A stretch of DNA of 63,732 bases, filler included, from Aduncisulcus paluster (GCA_024181965.1; 5 parts of 5 records of this genome joined end to end with filler, not necessarily neighbours in it); one strand, 5' to 3'. Counted from the whole stretch's first letter, positions 22,209 through 33,447 are shown. The notes: a model not told the origin generated them from the sequence alone. Translations and numbers: made by a program.

Positions 22209-24242
22209 CTATTTGCACTTAAGACGTTGCTCAAGTGGAACCCACTCCTGGAGAACTTCAGAGGCTTGTCGTGCCTCCATGGTTGTTGGAAGAATGCTCT
22301 TCCTTCGATGTCTTGCCGAGGATGGGTCCGAGCTCGTCACATCAGCAGACACAGAGGGTTTGTACCATTTTGACTCCGTGGCCTGTGACGAAACCCCATC
22401 AGCCTCTTCAGAAATGGACTCAGTGAGAGAAGACCGTTCACTTCGAACAGAATCGATGCACGACTCGAGAGACTTATCACTTGGGGTAGACCGAGTCCCA
22501 GAGGAAGCAGGAGAAGCAGGGAGGTCTTGGGCATCTCCTGTGAAGAACTGTCGCTTTCCAAGAACAATCTCATGGGCAATCTGTTTGTCCAAATCGGACA
22601 CACTGAGGCCAAGGGGATCTGCACCGACTATTGAGTGATCATAGGGTGAAATGACTACACTTCGAATACTCTTGAAAAGCTTTCTCCTAAGACTCTCCCT
22701 GGAGGTGATGATCTGACTGCCGGGAATAGAATCCACATCAGAACCCTGGGAGGTCTCAATCTTCTCCCAACTGTAGAATCTGGCTCTTCTGCGCAAGCAC
22801 ATGACTTGCTCTTCCTCGGAGAAGTGAAATATACTCATCTCGACAACAGAACGATTGAGATCGAGGAGAGTGCCCATGGAACTGTAGGACAGCTCAATAA
22901 TTCCCTCGTTCCAATGGTTGGAGAGGTTTGTGCACAGAGAGTTGACAAGCTTCGAGACGAGCTTCTGATTCGATCGAATCATCTCCTGGAAGGATTTGTT
23001 CTGAAGAAACACAAGAGTGCGCTCAGCTATCTGAAAATGGAAGCTAGAGCAGCAACGTTCGAGGAGATTGACCAATGGTGGAGCAATGTGTGGATAATAG
23101 GCACTATCAACGGATTCTATCAGCTCCTCAAGTTCGTTAAGCAGTAAAATTGCCTTGGGAGCATTGCAATGAGGGAATATTCTGACAAGACGACAAATAA
23201 TCGGAACAATTAATTCAGGTTCTCGACCGACATATTGAACAGTGCATTGAGCAAGTTGAAGATTAAAACTCCGAATCCTGGGAATTTCATGGAGAGGAAG
23301 CAGATTATGCATCAAAAAATGACGGTGCTCCATTCGCAATGGCTGAGAAAACCCATTGATAATGGAGCCCAGAATCTCAAGCAATTCAGCAATACCAGTT
23401 GTGCAATTCCATTCATTTCGAGAACTGCCACTGGCAATCATGGAAAAGATGTACCCAAAAGTTCGACGAATATGAGCCCTGTAAATAACAAATTTGACAT
23501 AAATTCTATGTAAAGCACCTTTGAGAAAATCTCTTTCCCGAGGATCATCAGATTGAAAACGAAAAATGAATTGAGTAAGAAAATGAATAGTAATGTATTT
23601 GCGAGCAACTTTAACTTTAAATTCACGTGAAATGAGCATTTGGAGGAACATCATGTATATCATTTCGATCCAATCCCAAGCTGGATCTAATCTTGGCTCA
23701 TCAAAATCAACATCCAGTGACGAATTTTGATGTTGCATAAAACCTGTGGGATGAATCCGTCTAATACTAGGAGGGTGGTAGCGATTAGAGAAAATATTTT
23801 TGCACACACATTCCACTATCTCAGGAATAATAGGCTCACAGCATGCCACATCTGGCCTAACACGCATAAAATCCAGAATCTCTCGAAGAAGAGTTTTTTT
23901 GGCTTTCGCTTCTTCCGATTCAGAATCTAAAGGGGAAATATGAAGAGATATTTGCCGAAGTTTCATAATAAAAAGAGATACAACCGCCTCATCCTTGGCA
24001 TCTTTCAAGTACAACAATTTCCGGGTTAAATTGGGTTTAAACGATGAAGGAATGGGTATTCTCGATTTAAGAAAAGATGCATACCTCGAAGATTTCTCTT
24101 TTCCATTGGAAGATTTTGATTTATCATTGGAATGAGAATGTTTGTGTGACTTTGAACTAGAATGGCCATGTTTCGAAGTTAAAGAAGATTTTGAGGACAA
24201 ATGGCTCTTACTTCTTTCATGCTTCTCTCTTTTATCCCCCAT
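22209..24242 (-). CDS. PPP2R5: PP2A regulatory subunit B' (B56)
   Basis: DPAWDWIEMIY, FQSDDPRERDFLKGALHRIYVKF, GIAELLEILGSIINGFSQPL, HFQIAERTL and HWN motifs; likely start at ATG 24242 (MGDKREK). Confidence 0.95.
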   Translation of the reverse strand: MGDKREKHERSKSHLSSKSSLTSKHGHSSSKSHKHSHSNDKSKSSNGKEKSSRYASFLKSRIPIPSSFKPNLTRKLLYLKDAKDEAVVSLFIMKLRQISLHISPLDSESEEAKAKKTLLREILDFMRVRPDVACCEPIIPEIVECVCKNIFSNRYHPPSIRRIHPTGFMQHQNSSLDVDFDEPRLDPAWDWIEMIYMMFLQMLISREFKVKVARKYITIHFLTQFIFRFQSDDPRERDFLKGALHRIYVKFVIYRAHIRRTFGYIFSMIASGSSRNEWNCTTGIAELLEILGSIINGFSQPLRMEHRHFLMHNLLPLHEIPRIRSFNLQLAQCTVQYVGREPELIVPIICRLVRIFPHCNAPKAILLLNELEELIESVDSAYYPHIAPPLVNLLERCCSSFHFQIAERTLVFLQNKSFQEMIRSNQKLVSKLVNSLCTNLSNHWNEGIIELSYSSMGTLLDLNRSVVEMSIFHFSEEEQVMCLRRRARFYSWEKIETSQGSDVDSIPGSQIITSRESLRRKLFKSIRSVVISPYDHSIVGADPLGLSVSDLDKQIAHEIVLGKRQFFTGDAQDLPASPASSGTRSTPSDKSLESCIDSVRSERSSLTESISEEADGVSSQATESKWYKPSVSADVTSSDPSSARHRRKSILPTTMEARQASEVLQEWVPLEQRLKCK

Positions 24243-24540
24243 GATGGGCGCCAATACACACAAAGTTCCTAGAATGTATTTTTCTTTCCATAAAAGTCAG
24301 CAATTGATACCAATAGTTATTTCAAACTAAAAATGCCCAAAAAACTAATAGGAATATTTTTATTCGATTGATAAATCAAGAGACGGATAAGCAATCGTCA
24401 AAAGGAAGAACTTCTTCCTTTTGAAAAGTAATTAGAAAAAAAATATATATATATCGTATATTTAAAGAAGGATCTAAGAAACGAACTATGTTAATTGTTT
24501 GTTAATAAGTATATTTAAGATGATAGAGGGTTAAGATATT

Positions 24541-24700
24541 TCCATCGGTCTGCTCACGACAAGTTTGGCGGTACTCTTTTGCTCGTCTGAAGAGCCCGTC
24601 GATGAAGCTCGCCGATGGCCATCACTGGATATGTAGCCCTTTCGAGCACAAGGGCTGTGACCCAGGCTGATGCTGACAAAACATGCAGTAAATAATCCAT
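24541..24700. ncRNA. Candidate structured ncRNA or cis-regulatory RNA (unidentified)
   Basis: GC-rich island with stems CCATCGG(24542)/CCGATGG(24612) and AGCCCTT(24635)/AAGGGCT(24650), the latter enclosed by CTGG/CCAG. Confidence 0.3.
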
Positions 24701-24718
24701 GGCATTGTGACCTTGGTG

Positions 24719-25711
24719 TTAAGACATTTTGTAAAGATCTTTAACTCCAAGTTCGAGGGTTCCAATATTTTTGACTTGAATAATCGCTGTTGAAACACCG
24801 AATTTAACCACCAATCCAGGAATAAAGATATATTTGTCATCATCAGATTTGAGACGAGTCATATCTGAATCAGCATAGGTGGATCTATTTTTGGAAAGTC
24901 CCAAAATATACACAGTTTCACCAATTTTGAGAATATCCCATCCAAATGAACAGATATGGAAGGATTTAAGGCGAATTTCAGGACATATTTGAGTACAAAT
25001 CGACACCGCTGATATGGTCTTATCATCACATGAGATGGATCCGTCAGAATGTTTTCTATGATGGTCAAGTATAACATGTTTAACAACATGTTCATTATGG
25101 AGCCTAATATCCCTGATATGCATCCATAGTTGTTGTGGATATTCTTGCTGATCATCCGATAGGATATGAGAAGAAGAAGTTGCCAATGAAGAGGGAGAAA
25201 AAGAAAAGGAGGACTCGATATATTTAGATTGAGAAAGTTCAACAAGAACCCTGTTCAATGAATCATCAACATGAACAACAATTCCAGTGCAACCACTCGG
25301 TATCGAACCAATAAAATGGGAAGCCTTTGAATATTGCGATAGTGAAGGACTGGACAGTGTTGAATCTGAAGTGGGATGGGAGGAAACATCACCCAAAATA
25401 AGATGAGGTCGAAGAGAAATACACACAGATGATCCCACAGAGATGAAGGTAGAGAAATGAGGAGCGGGAGGGAAAAATGAAGAGAAAGAAGATTGAGATG
25501 TGGGAATAAGTTGCTTATCTTTCGATTTATCAGGATTATATAGCTCTAAGACATGTTGGGAAAGATGATGAGTCATCTCACGATGACTACCGGTGGCTGA
25601 ACATACTTTACATGAACACAATAACGAATTGAGTCGTTCAAGCCATAATTCGCGCCGTACAGAAGCAGTGAAATCGACCTTTTTCCGGCATATTGGACAT
25701 ACTCCTAATAC
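24719..25711 (-). CDS. 5'-truncated RING-finger protein with SH3/KOW-like beta domains
   Basis: Frame is open to the contig end: VLGVCPICRKK (RING C-terminal CPxCR), then CSCKVC..H..H, and GCTGIVVHVD / KIGETVYI..PGLVVKF segments. Confidence 0.55.
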   Translation of the reverse strand, partial: VLGVCPICRKKVDFTASVRRELWLERLNSLLCSCKVCSATGSHREMTHHLSQHVLELYNPDKSKDKQLIPTSQSSFSSFFPPAPHFSTFISVGSSVCISLRPHLILGDVSSHPTSDSTLSSPSLSQYSKASHFIGSIPSGCTGIVVHVDDSLNRVLVELSQSKYIESSFSFSPSSLATSSSHILSDDQQEYPQQLWMHIRDIRLHNEHVVKHVILDHHRKHSDGSISCDDKTISAVSICTQICPEIRLKSFHICSFGWDILKIGETVYILGLSKNRSTYADSDMTRLKSDDDKYIFIPGLVVKFGVSTAIIQVKNIGTLELGVKDLYKMS

Positions 25712-25811
25712 NNNNNNNNNNNNNNNNNNNNNNNNNNNNNNNNNNNNNNNNNNNNTTAATTAATTAANNNNNNNNNNNNNNNNNNNNNNNNNNNNNNNNN
25801 NNNNNNNNNNN
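25712..25811. other. Artificial contig linker (N-TTAATTAATTAA-N)
   Basis: 100-nt spacer with stops in all six frames; same type at 37616-37715, 44960-45059 and 61263-61362. Confidence 0.98.
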
Positions 25812-26900
25812 ACGATAGCATTCCTCAATAACCTTGTTGAGTGATGTTTTGTTGAACAGAACCATCTCAATGGCATTGCATATGTCTGTCATAACATCTT
25901 CCCTCACATGACGGGGTTCAAATGCTTCAGGCTTCAAGGATGGTTGGAAAAACTTCTTCTCTTTCTTCCATATCTCTTCTTGTTTCCTTCGTTCCTCATA
26001 GACGGCCATATCTTTGGCACGTTTGGCTCTAATAAGAGGCTCAGCATATGGGTGGAATAACTTCTCTCCAAAAATAGAATAAAGCTTATTTCCAGTCTCA
26101 ATAATGGTAGATCTCACACAGATCTTAGTTTGGTAGAGAATACCATTCTTGCTCTTTGCAAACAATGTCTTCTTGATTTCTCTGAGCATCGAATTTGAGG
26201 ATTCCATAGAATCCAAGATCATAGGGGTGGCAGGAGAAAACATATCGTCCTCGGATCCATCAGCTCCAAGCAGTTCAGCGAGAGTATCAGTGTCTGAATA
26301 GAGAGAAACAGCCTCCTCAGCGGCGGTGGTAATAACAGGGTCTTGAGAACCATCTGTAGCGCCACTTTTCTTCGATTTCTTCCCCTTTTCTTCATATTTA
26401 GCCATAATAGAATCAACTTCAGACCGAGCAATCTTGGAAAATGATTCCAATGTATTTTGAAGGACTTGAAGAAGTGTATTGAACCGTACAGTAAATGTAT
26501 TCTTGGCATAAAAATCAGAAGACAGCAATTTATATGTGAAAAACGATATTCCTTTCGAGAGACTTGGACATTCTCCTAACTTGTAAAAATATTCAACATC
26601 GAGTTCAGAATCACTATATACGCTCTTTATGAATTGTACAAACTGCTTAGAATCTGGAGATTCTTGCTTTTTAAGGGTTTCTTGTTTAATAGCGTAGTCG
26701 AGGGATTTTGTTGAATGTTGTTGCTGTTCCAATTCAAACTGTGAGTAACACGTTTGAATTAATTGAGGAATTTTTTGGGCATGTAATTTTGCACGACCTC
26801 CTTCATTTAAGGAGGCATCACGAATCATATCATCAACAGCTGCCAAAGCTTGACTAATGATTTCAGAACATAGTCCTTCTGGTTTGTAAGATTCACTCAT
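25812..26900 (-). CDS. Hypothetical helical protein, 3'-truncated at contig end
   Basis: ATG ORF running into the linker. Confidence 0.7.
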
Positions 26901-27417
26901 TTAAAAATTTAAAAAATTATTATTGATTTGTTGTATAAAGGTGTTGGAGTTGACGAAATGACCATGAAGATTTCTAATATCTCTTTGGCTTTTAAAAAAT
27001 TAACAATATGCCATGATAAAATAATAATTTTCAGAGAAAATATATAATTTCTTTATAATACCTGAAAATCACTAATATAGAGAGATTTGGATCTATCTCG
27101 GTTATTCGAGATATTCTTATCATTTAGTGTATGAAAAATATTGAAATAATTAAAGAAAATTATCTTTTTCGAATTGTTTCCATTGAATATTCTTAAATTA
27201 ACTGCTTGTGAAATACACCAACAAGACAAAATAAAGATTGAAAAATAATTTAATTAATTCCTGCATTTTTTAATTCTTTTTTGCTGTCTTCTTGGTGTTT
27301 TAAGCTCTCCATTCATCTGTGAACAAGCAGCCAATGATCAAGCCGAGCAACCAAAATAATTTCCAACACATCCTTTTGGTCCCACTTGCCATATTAAACA
27401 AATACCGATACTGATTC

Positions 27418-29573
27418 ATGTCTGCTACTCGTATAGTTTCAGTTCAATCTACCCTGCCTGAAGACTTGGAAGTATGTTTATTTTTGGTTTTTTGCTGTCT
27501 TTGTCTATTCGTTCTATTTTCTAATTTTTTGACCTTAATTTGTCATTCCCTTTCATCAATAACTCGAAATATTAGCCCATTTCCAAAAAAATTTTTGGGG
27601 TAAGCTTTTCAGAAGATGTTGACAATGAAGACCATTTAGTCGATGGTGATATTAAATCTATCTGCTTCTGTGGATCCACTAACCCACTCACAATAGCATT
27701 TAGCTTCAAAGTTCCAGTGTGTGCCACTCATATTGCTGTATATCAAGGAAACTCTGATCAAATTGCTTCTAGAATTGTTGATGTGACAGTATCATCTCTT
27801 CCTGAATGTCTTGATTGCACCACTCGGTATGGTATTGCTGGGAAGAATGGTTTCGCCCTCATTCCTCTTAAGACCGTCACTGGCAAGCCCTTCATTGCAT
27901 CTATTCAAGCCACCTTCTACCCTCTTGAAGAAGGAACTCAGAAATTCCTCCAGATTATTCCGCTCCGTCGTCGTATTGCTGTTCCTATTATCCAAGAGCT
28001 CACTGGTTTTGACCAACAAAAGGCTATGGCCTCTATTTTCCCTTTCACGGCTCCTTTGAAAGGATTGAAGACAAAACAGGCTGACCCTGATCTTATTTTA
28101 CGTATTCCCATGGTTAATGAAGATGGAGTTAAGACGGGAGCCACTCTGCGTGTCCCTGCCCACTCTTTCGTTATCTGCACTCGTTGTGTTAAATTGGTTG
28201 ACCGTATTGCTGACGCTAGAGTTGCCATGAAGGGTCCCGGTGTCATTGAAATCGATGTTCCCGAGATGAGCTTGCTCACTGGTGATCTTATCGATTTCTG
28301 GCTCCTTATGTTCCTTCTTTATACTGGAGAGGCCAGATGCTTCTACAACCATGTTCTCAAGGCCTCCTCAGTCAAGGGAGTCCCTAAGACTCTCATTGAT
28401 ATTGCCAAGAGAGAAATGGCTGGATGCTCTGGTGAATCGGCTCCTTCTGGTGAGTCTGTTGCTTCTCCTGACGCTGTTTCTGAGCTCTGTGTTAAACTTA
28501 GCGATGAGTTCCCCACCTCTCCCCTCTCCCCTCTTGTTGGAGGTCGTATGTTGAGAGGACAGCCCATGGAAGAGGCTGAAAAGGCTGCTGCTTCCCCGAA
28601 GATCGACTCCAAGAGTGAGGAAGAAGATGAGGAGGAAGAGCCCGAGGAAGGCGAGAAGGAACCCACCAAGAAGAAGGACAAGCTTATCTATTCTTCTGGT
28701 GTCAAGATCACTGAAGGTCTCGTAAACTTCACCTTTGATCTTCTCGATCTCTCCCGTACCATCGGTTGCAGTGCTTGGATCATGGTTGCTGAGGATATCA
28801 TTGAGATCTTCTCCAGCGTTATCCCTCGTCGTGTTGTACAACGTTGTCAGAACCTGTTGGGTCGTTCCACCCTCAAGCAACTCGCCGCTGTGCTCCTTGG
28901 AACTGAAGTCATCTCCAAACCTGAGTTTATTTCTTCCCTCAAGAAGGAATTGCTTGAGGAGCTTGTTCTCAGTGCTGTTTCTGGAGGTGATGAGGATCCT
29001 AAGGCCTCTGGTCCCCCCTCTACTGATGCTCCCAAGGCCGCTTATAAAAGTGGTGATGTCGTTCAGCTCCAACAAGCTGTCAATGATGATGGTGAAGTTG
29101 AGGATGTTCCTGTGTTTGGTTGGCAAGGTCACACTGTTGGTGATAGTGGAATTGTGTCCCATGTTCTTGATGTTAGCAAGGGAGATCTCAAGAAATGCCT
29201 TGAGCCTTTCAAGATGAGTGTTGGATGCATTGAGGCTGTCAGCGATTCTGACATCCCTCCCTCTCAACCTTTCATTTATCTCATTGACTTTGGACAAGAC
29301 AATCTCTTTGTCAGTTTCGCCAGTACTTTGGTGAGTGGATCTGCTGATAGTATGACAACTTGGAATGTTTTGGTGGCTGAGGCCGAAGGAAACATTGAGG
29401 AAGGAGCTGAAGAGGCCGATTCCGCCTCTTTATTGAGATTGAAGGAATGGGGTAGCGATGAAATGGCCAAGCCTGTTGAGCGTCCAAAGAACAAGAAGAA
29501 GAAGACTGCTCCTACTTCTGCTCCCGCTCCAACCATTACTGATGATGATGATTATAGTGATTATGATTATTAA
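27418..29573 (+). CDS. BTB/POZ-domain protein, 2 exons (27418-27471, 27576-29573)
   Basis: Phase-0 intron GTATGT...ATTAG joins both exons in frame. DPDLILRI...VPAHSFVICTRC...IEIDVPEM...FWLLMFLLYTG matches the BTB pattern. Codon usage is biased in the same way as NDK. Confidence 0.7.
27472..27575 (+). other. Spliceosomal intron (104 nt)
   Basis: GTATGT donor, T-rich body, ATAAC...TAG; frame-consistent. Confidence 0.8.
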
Positions 29574-29752
29574 TGAGACTCAATTTGTTTTAGAAAAAGT
29601 AAAATAAAATAATTTCGAATAATGTGGAATAACTTGCGTTTTAAAACGCTGGCAGCGTTTTGTTCGCCTTAGGACTATTCATTTGAATCATTTAACATAA
29701 ATTATTGTCTAAATATTACATTATTTTTTGAGTTCAAGATTTATATTAATCC

Positions 29753-30712
29753 ATGTCAACCGATTCAGCTCAATCATCATCATCTCGCCGTTTTGCAACA
29801 CTTCAACGCAAAAAGCCAGTTAAACCTCCAAGACCCACTCATTTTATTGGTCTTTTCGTCAAGAATATTCCTGAAGAATGGTATACTCAAACATTTCAAG
29901 CTATCATTAAGTCAACTCCTCTGAACCAAAAAAAGGGAATGATGCTTTTTGAAGGTCACAAAGTGCAACCATATGATTGTTTACATATTACATTGGGGGT
30001 AATGTCAACCCCTTCGAAAGAAGAGCAAGATAGAGTCATTTCACTTATTTCAAAGGCCCTGCCAGATATTGTCGCAACTATAACTAAAATATCCGCATCC
30101 CAATCATCTATTGATGAACTATTAAAAGGATTTGATAAACTTTCAGTCTCTCCTCAACCTCCAAAAGCAGTTGATGTGGCTTGTCCTATCAAAATCCGTG
30201 GCTCTTATGCTGATATATGTTCATCTCCCCTTTCTTCTAGCCCTCAACTTGATACAAAGTCCATTTCTTCCGGTTCACTTGGTCAAACAGACCCAAGGTC
30301 TAAAACCTCAAAACCAATCACTCCTGTATCTGTTGATGTGTGTGAACGTGGGGTTTTTATGAAATTAAACCGAATTGGCCACTTTGGATCAACAATGAAA
30401 ACTCACACCGTCTTTGTTTCCCCGAGTTCTCCATTTATTACTGCCATTCACGATGTTTTGGTTGATGGTGGTGCTATTCCCCGTGATCCTCGTCCCTATG
30501 TTGCTCATTTATCCGTGTTAAGGAGTCCATCTGACCGTAGATTGTGCTATAACACCACCAAACTCCCTTCTACATTGTCTGAGGTTGGAGTAATGCCACA
30601 TTCTCTGAGTCACTCTGACGTTGATCTTCGATTCTGTAAGATGGGACCTGTGAAGGATGAGGAGACAGGGAAAACCATCTACTTTCCACTGAAAACATGG
30701 GAATTTTTCTAA
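29753..30712 (+). CDS. 2H phosphoesterase, AKAP7/ASCC1/LigT-like
   Basis: RPTHFIGL N-terminal motif and two catalytic motifs LHITL and AHLSV. Confidence 0.8.
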   Translation: MSTDSAQSSSSRRFATLQRKKPVKPPRPTHFIGLFVKNIPEEWYTQTFQAIIKSTPLNQKKGMMLFEGHKVQPYDCLHITLGVMSTPSKEEQDRVISLISKALPDIVATITKISASQSSIDELLKGFDKLSVSPQPPKAVDVACPIKIRGSYADICSSPLSSSPQLDTKSISSGSLGQTDPRSKTSKPITPVSVDVCERGVFMKLNRIGHFGSTMKTHTVFVSPSSPFITAIHDVLVDGGAIPRDPRPYVAHLSVLRSPSDRRLCYNTTKLPSTLSEVGVMPHSLSHSDVDLRFCKMGPVKDEETGKTIYFPLKTWEFF

Positions 30713-30921
30713 AAATACTATTTTTAAAATAGAATCGACCAAATTGTATTCTTTCCTCATAATTCGTTGATCTATTTAATGTTCTATTGACCATATTGAC
30801 GGTGGCTAGCAAATTTATTACTAATAATTTAATTATTATGAAATAAAGTTACCGGTAGGAGACGGTCATATCGCCGGTGGCATGAATGTCCATCAGTTCT
30901 ATATATTGCGAGAATAGAAGC

Positions 30922-31020
30922 GATATTATAAAATAGTATTATATATACTGTACTATACTGTACTATAGGGAGGCTAGAGAAAGAAAGAGACCCGAAAATT
31001 AATCTGTTAGAAAATGATTG

Positions 31021-31051
<31 letters not shown>

Positions 31052-31252
31052 ACCTCAAAGTTAAGATCCTCAAAAGAGCATATTATTTTTGATATAAATC
31101 CAAACTTCGAGAGCGAAAGGAGAATTAAATGATNNNNNNNNNNNNNNNNNNNNGATATTATAAAATAGTATTATATATACTGTACTATACTGTACTATAG
31201 GGAGGCTAGAGAAAGAAAGAGACCCGAAAATTAATCTGTTAGAAAATGATTG

Positions 31253-31283
<31 letters not shown>

Positions 31284-31365
31284 ACCTCAAAGTTAAGATC
31301 CTCAAAAGAGCATATTATTTTTGATATAAATCCAAACTTCGAGAGCGAAAGGAGAATTAAATGAT
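30922..31365. repeat. Gap-flanking duplicated overlap (assembly artefact)
   Basis: 30922-31133 recurs at 31154-31365 around a 20-N gap. Confidence 0.9.
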
Positions 31366-31508
31366 GATAATGTCGAATGAGATAAGAAATAAGAGATAAG
31401 CTTTAAAAATAAAATAAATAAATAAACAAAACAGAAACAATGAGATCTATACTTAGAATGAATGATCAGGATAAAATTATTTATATTTTGTCAAAGGTAT
31501 TGTTCAAT

Positions 31509-32900
31509 TCAAAAGCTTTCATCTCCTTCTTCTTCATGGACAATAACGTCTGTCTCTGAATGGTCAGTATGTCTCGACATATCCTCACTCTTGCGCTCAC
31601 AGGTGCATTCCTTCTTGTCTCTCTCCTCTTTCCTCCAGTGGCCGCAAACAACACCCTCTTTCTTGGCCTTCACGCTGCTTGAGCTTGCTGCGATACAGAA
31701 ATATTCGACTCCTTCCTCCTTTTTCTTCACGTCAGAGATTTCCTGTTGAACCGTGACATTGAATACTCCATTTTTGTAAAAGATCTCCAACACTTGTTTC
31801 TGGAGAAGAGTCATATTCTTAGTTTTGATAGAGCTTGGAACAATAATATGACATGTTCCAATCACCATGGTACGCGCCAAGAGCCACACGTGGAGCTCAT
31901 GCACGGCAAGAACATTGGGTAACACAGCAATCTCTGTACGAATCTTGGGAACGTTGACGTTATCGGGTGCCACCTGCATAAGTTGCTTGATGGAGCTCTT
32001 AAGGAGAGGGACTCCAGAGATAGAAATGATGATAATGATGACAATGGTACATAGAGGATCTGCAAGGTAACGGTGAGACCAATCAGTAAAAGTCATAATG
32101 CATCCGGATACAATGGCAGCAATAGATCCAAGGCAATCGCCCAAAACGTGGAGGAACACACCGCGGATGGCAAGAGATCCACCATGCTTAGATTGTTTTG
32201 ATTCACCGTGTTCATGATCATGTCCATGTCCGTGTTCATGATCATGGTGGTCGTGATCGTGGTCGTGGTCGTGGTCACAATGTTCGTGGTGGTCATGATC
32301 ATGTTCGTGGTGGTCGTGATCATGTTCGTGGTGGTCATGGCTGTGCCCGTGACTGTGTCCATGATCATGGCCGTGACTATGTCCGTGGTGATCGTGGAAC
32401 ATACAGAGTCCGACCAAATTAATAAGAAGACCCACAATAGCAACGGCAACGACGAGGTATGGATGAACAAGATCAACGGGGTCAATGAACCTATCAACGA
32501 GTTCAGTGGTCATAAATAAAACGGTGGCTAGCAAAAACACAGCATTGACAAGACCACCGATAACTTCAGCCCTGGCGTAGCCAAAGGTCAAGGAATCGGT
32601 GTGCCCCCTCTTTATCATTGTCATAGATATGAATCCAACAATTAAAGAGATAACATCGTTTAACATGTGGAGAGCATCTCCAACGAGAGTCAAAGATTTT
32701 CCGAGAATACCAACAACAAGTTCGGTGAGCATGTAAGAACCAGTCATAATGATCATAACAAGAAGGCTTCTACGGGAGGGATCTGAACAAACTGAAACGG
32801 GGGCTTCATCTGCATGAATAGTATCGTGCCCTTCATGTCTGGGACAGGGGATTGTTTTTTGTTGAGATAAAACGCTTGGGGTCATTTCAAGATTAGTCAT
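31509..32900 (-). CDS. CDF/SLC30 zinc transporter (ZnT1/Zrc1-like) with a long His-rich loop
   Basis: SLTLVGDALHMLND, TFGYARAEVIGGLVNA, RGVFLHVLGDCLGS, ADPLCT and VHELHVW motifs; first ATG at 32900. Confidence 0.95.
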   Translation of the reverse strand: MTNLEMTPSVLSQQKTIPCPRHEGHDTIHADEAPVSVCSDPSRRSLLVMIIMTGSYMLTELVVGILGKSLTLVGDALHMLNDVISLIVGFISMTMIKRGHTDSLTFGYARAEVIGGLVNAVFLLATVLFMTTELVDRFIDPVDLVHPYLVVAVAIVGLLINLVGLCMFHDHHGHSHGHDHGHSHGHSHDHHEHDHDHHEHDHDHHEHCDHDHDHDHDHHDHEHGHGHDHEHGESKQSKHGGSLAIRGVFLHVLGDCLGSIAAIVSGCIMTFTDWSHRYLADPLCTIVIIIIISISGVPLLKSSIKQLMQVAPDNVNVPKIRTEIAVLPNVLAVHELHVWLLARTMVIGTCHIIVPSSIKTKNMTLLQKQVLEIFYKNGVFNVTVQQEISDVKKKEEGVEYFCIAASSSSVKAKKEGVVCGHWRKEERDKKECTCERKSEDMSRHTDHSETDVIVHEEEGDESF

Positions 32901-33447
32901 GAATGTAATATTGTGTATTTTATGAGGTTTTGAGCAATAAAAATACTCTAAAAAAAAGAAGTGTGACAAAAAACAGACTTTGGAAAGGGTTTTCTATCAG
33001 GGAATCAAGTCGAAACTAGTTAAAAAAAGCGATAAGCAAAAAATTTGGGAAAATTGACGGTATTTTGTGCTCGATTTGATCTTGGAAGGCTAAAATAAAT
33101 GGTAAGGTTTAATTTTTTTATTGCAAATAAGGGATTGTATTTGCTATTTTCTATATGCCGATATAAGAAATATTTAGCAAATTGATTATACAAATTATAT
33201 AGCTATAATGTTTTATTGTGAGTGTTTATCAATTAAATCCAACACTCTTATTTAGATGAGGAGATAGAATTTAATTCTAAGAATTATCTCATTGAAAACA
33301 GCATATTATACAACATGGAATTGGAAATATTTAGAAAAATATATTGTTGTTCTCATCTAGTGGAATTTTGTTGATGTACTTATTATATCTCCTTCATTAG
33401 CGATTTCTTCTTGTTTTTGATTAGGGCAAGAGGATCCAGAATTGAAC

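Noticed and set aside
24585..24615. CTGAAGA as a hammerhead ribozyme core
   Set aside because: No GAAA follows the putative stem II.
28368..29297. Long antisense ORFs (309 aa here; also 4912-5280, 52087-52623, 62339-62857)
   Set aside because: Shadows of codon-biased or repetitive sense genes.
2200..30712. Tpt1-like plus 2H phosphoesterase as an RNA-repair cluster
   Set aside because: They lie on different contigs separated by an artificial linker.
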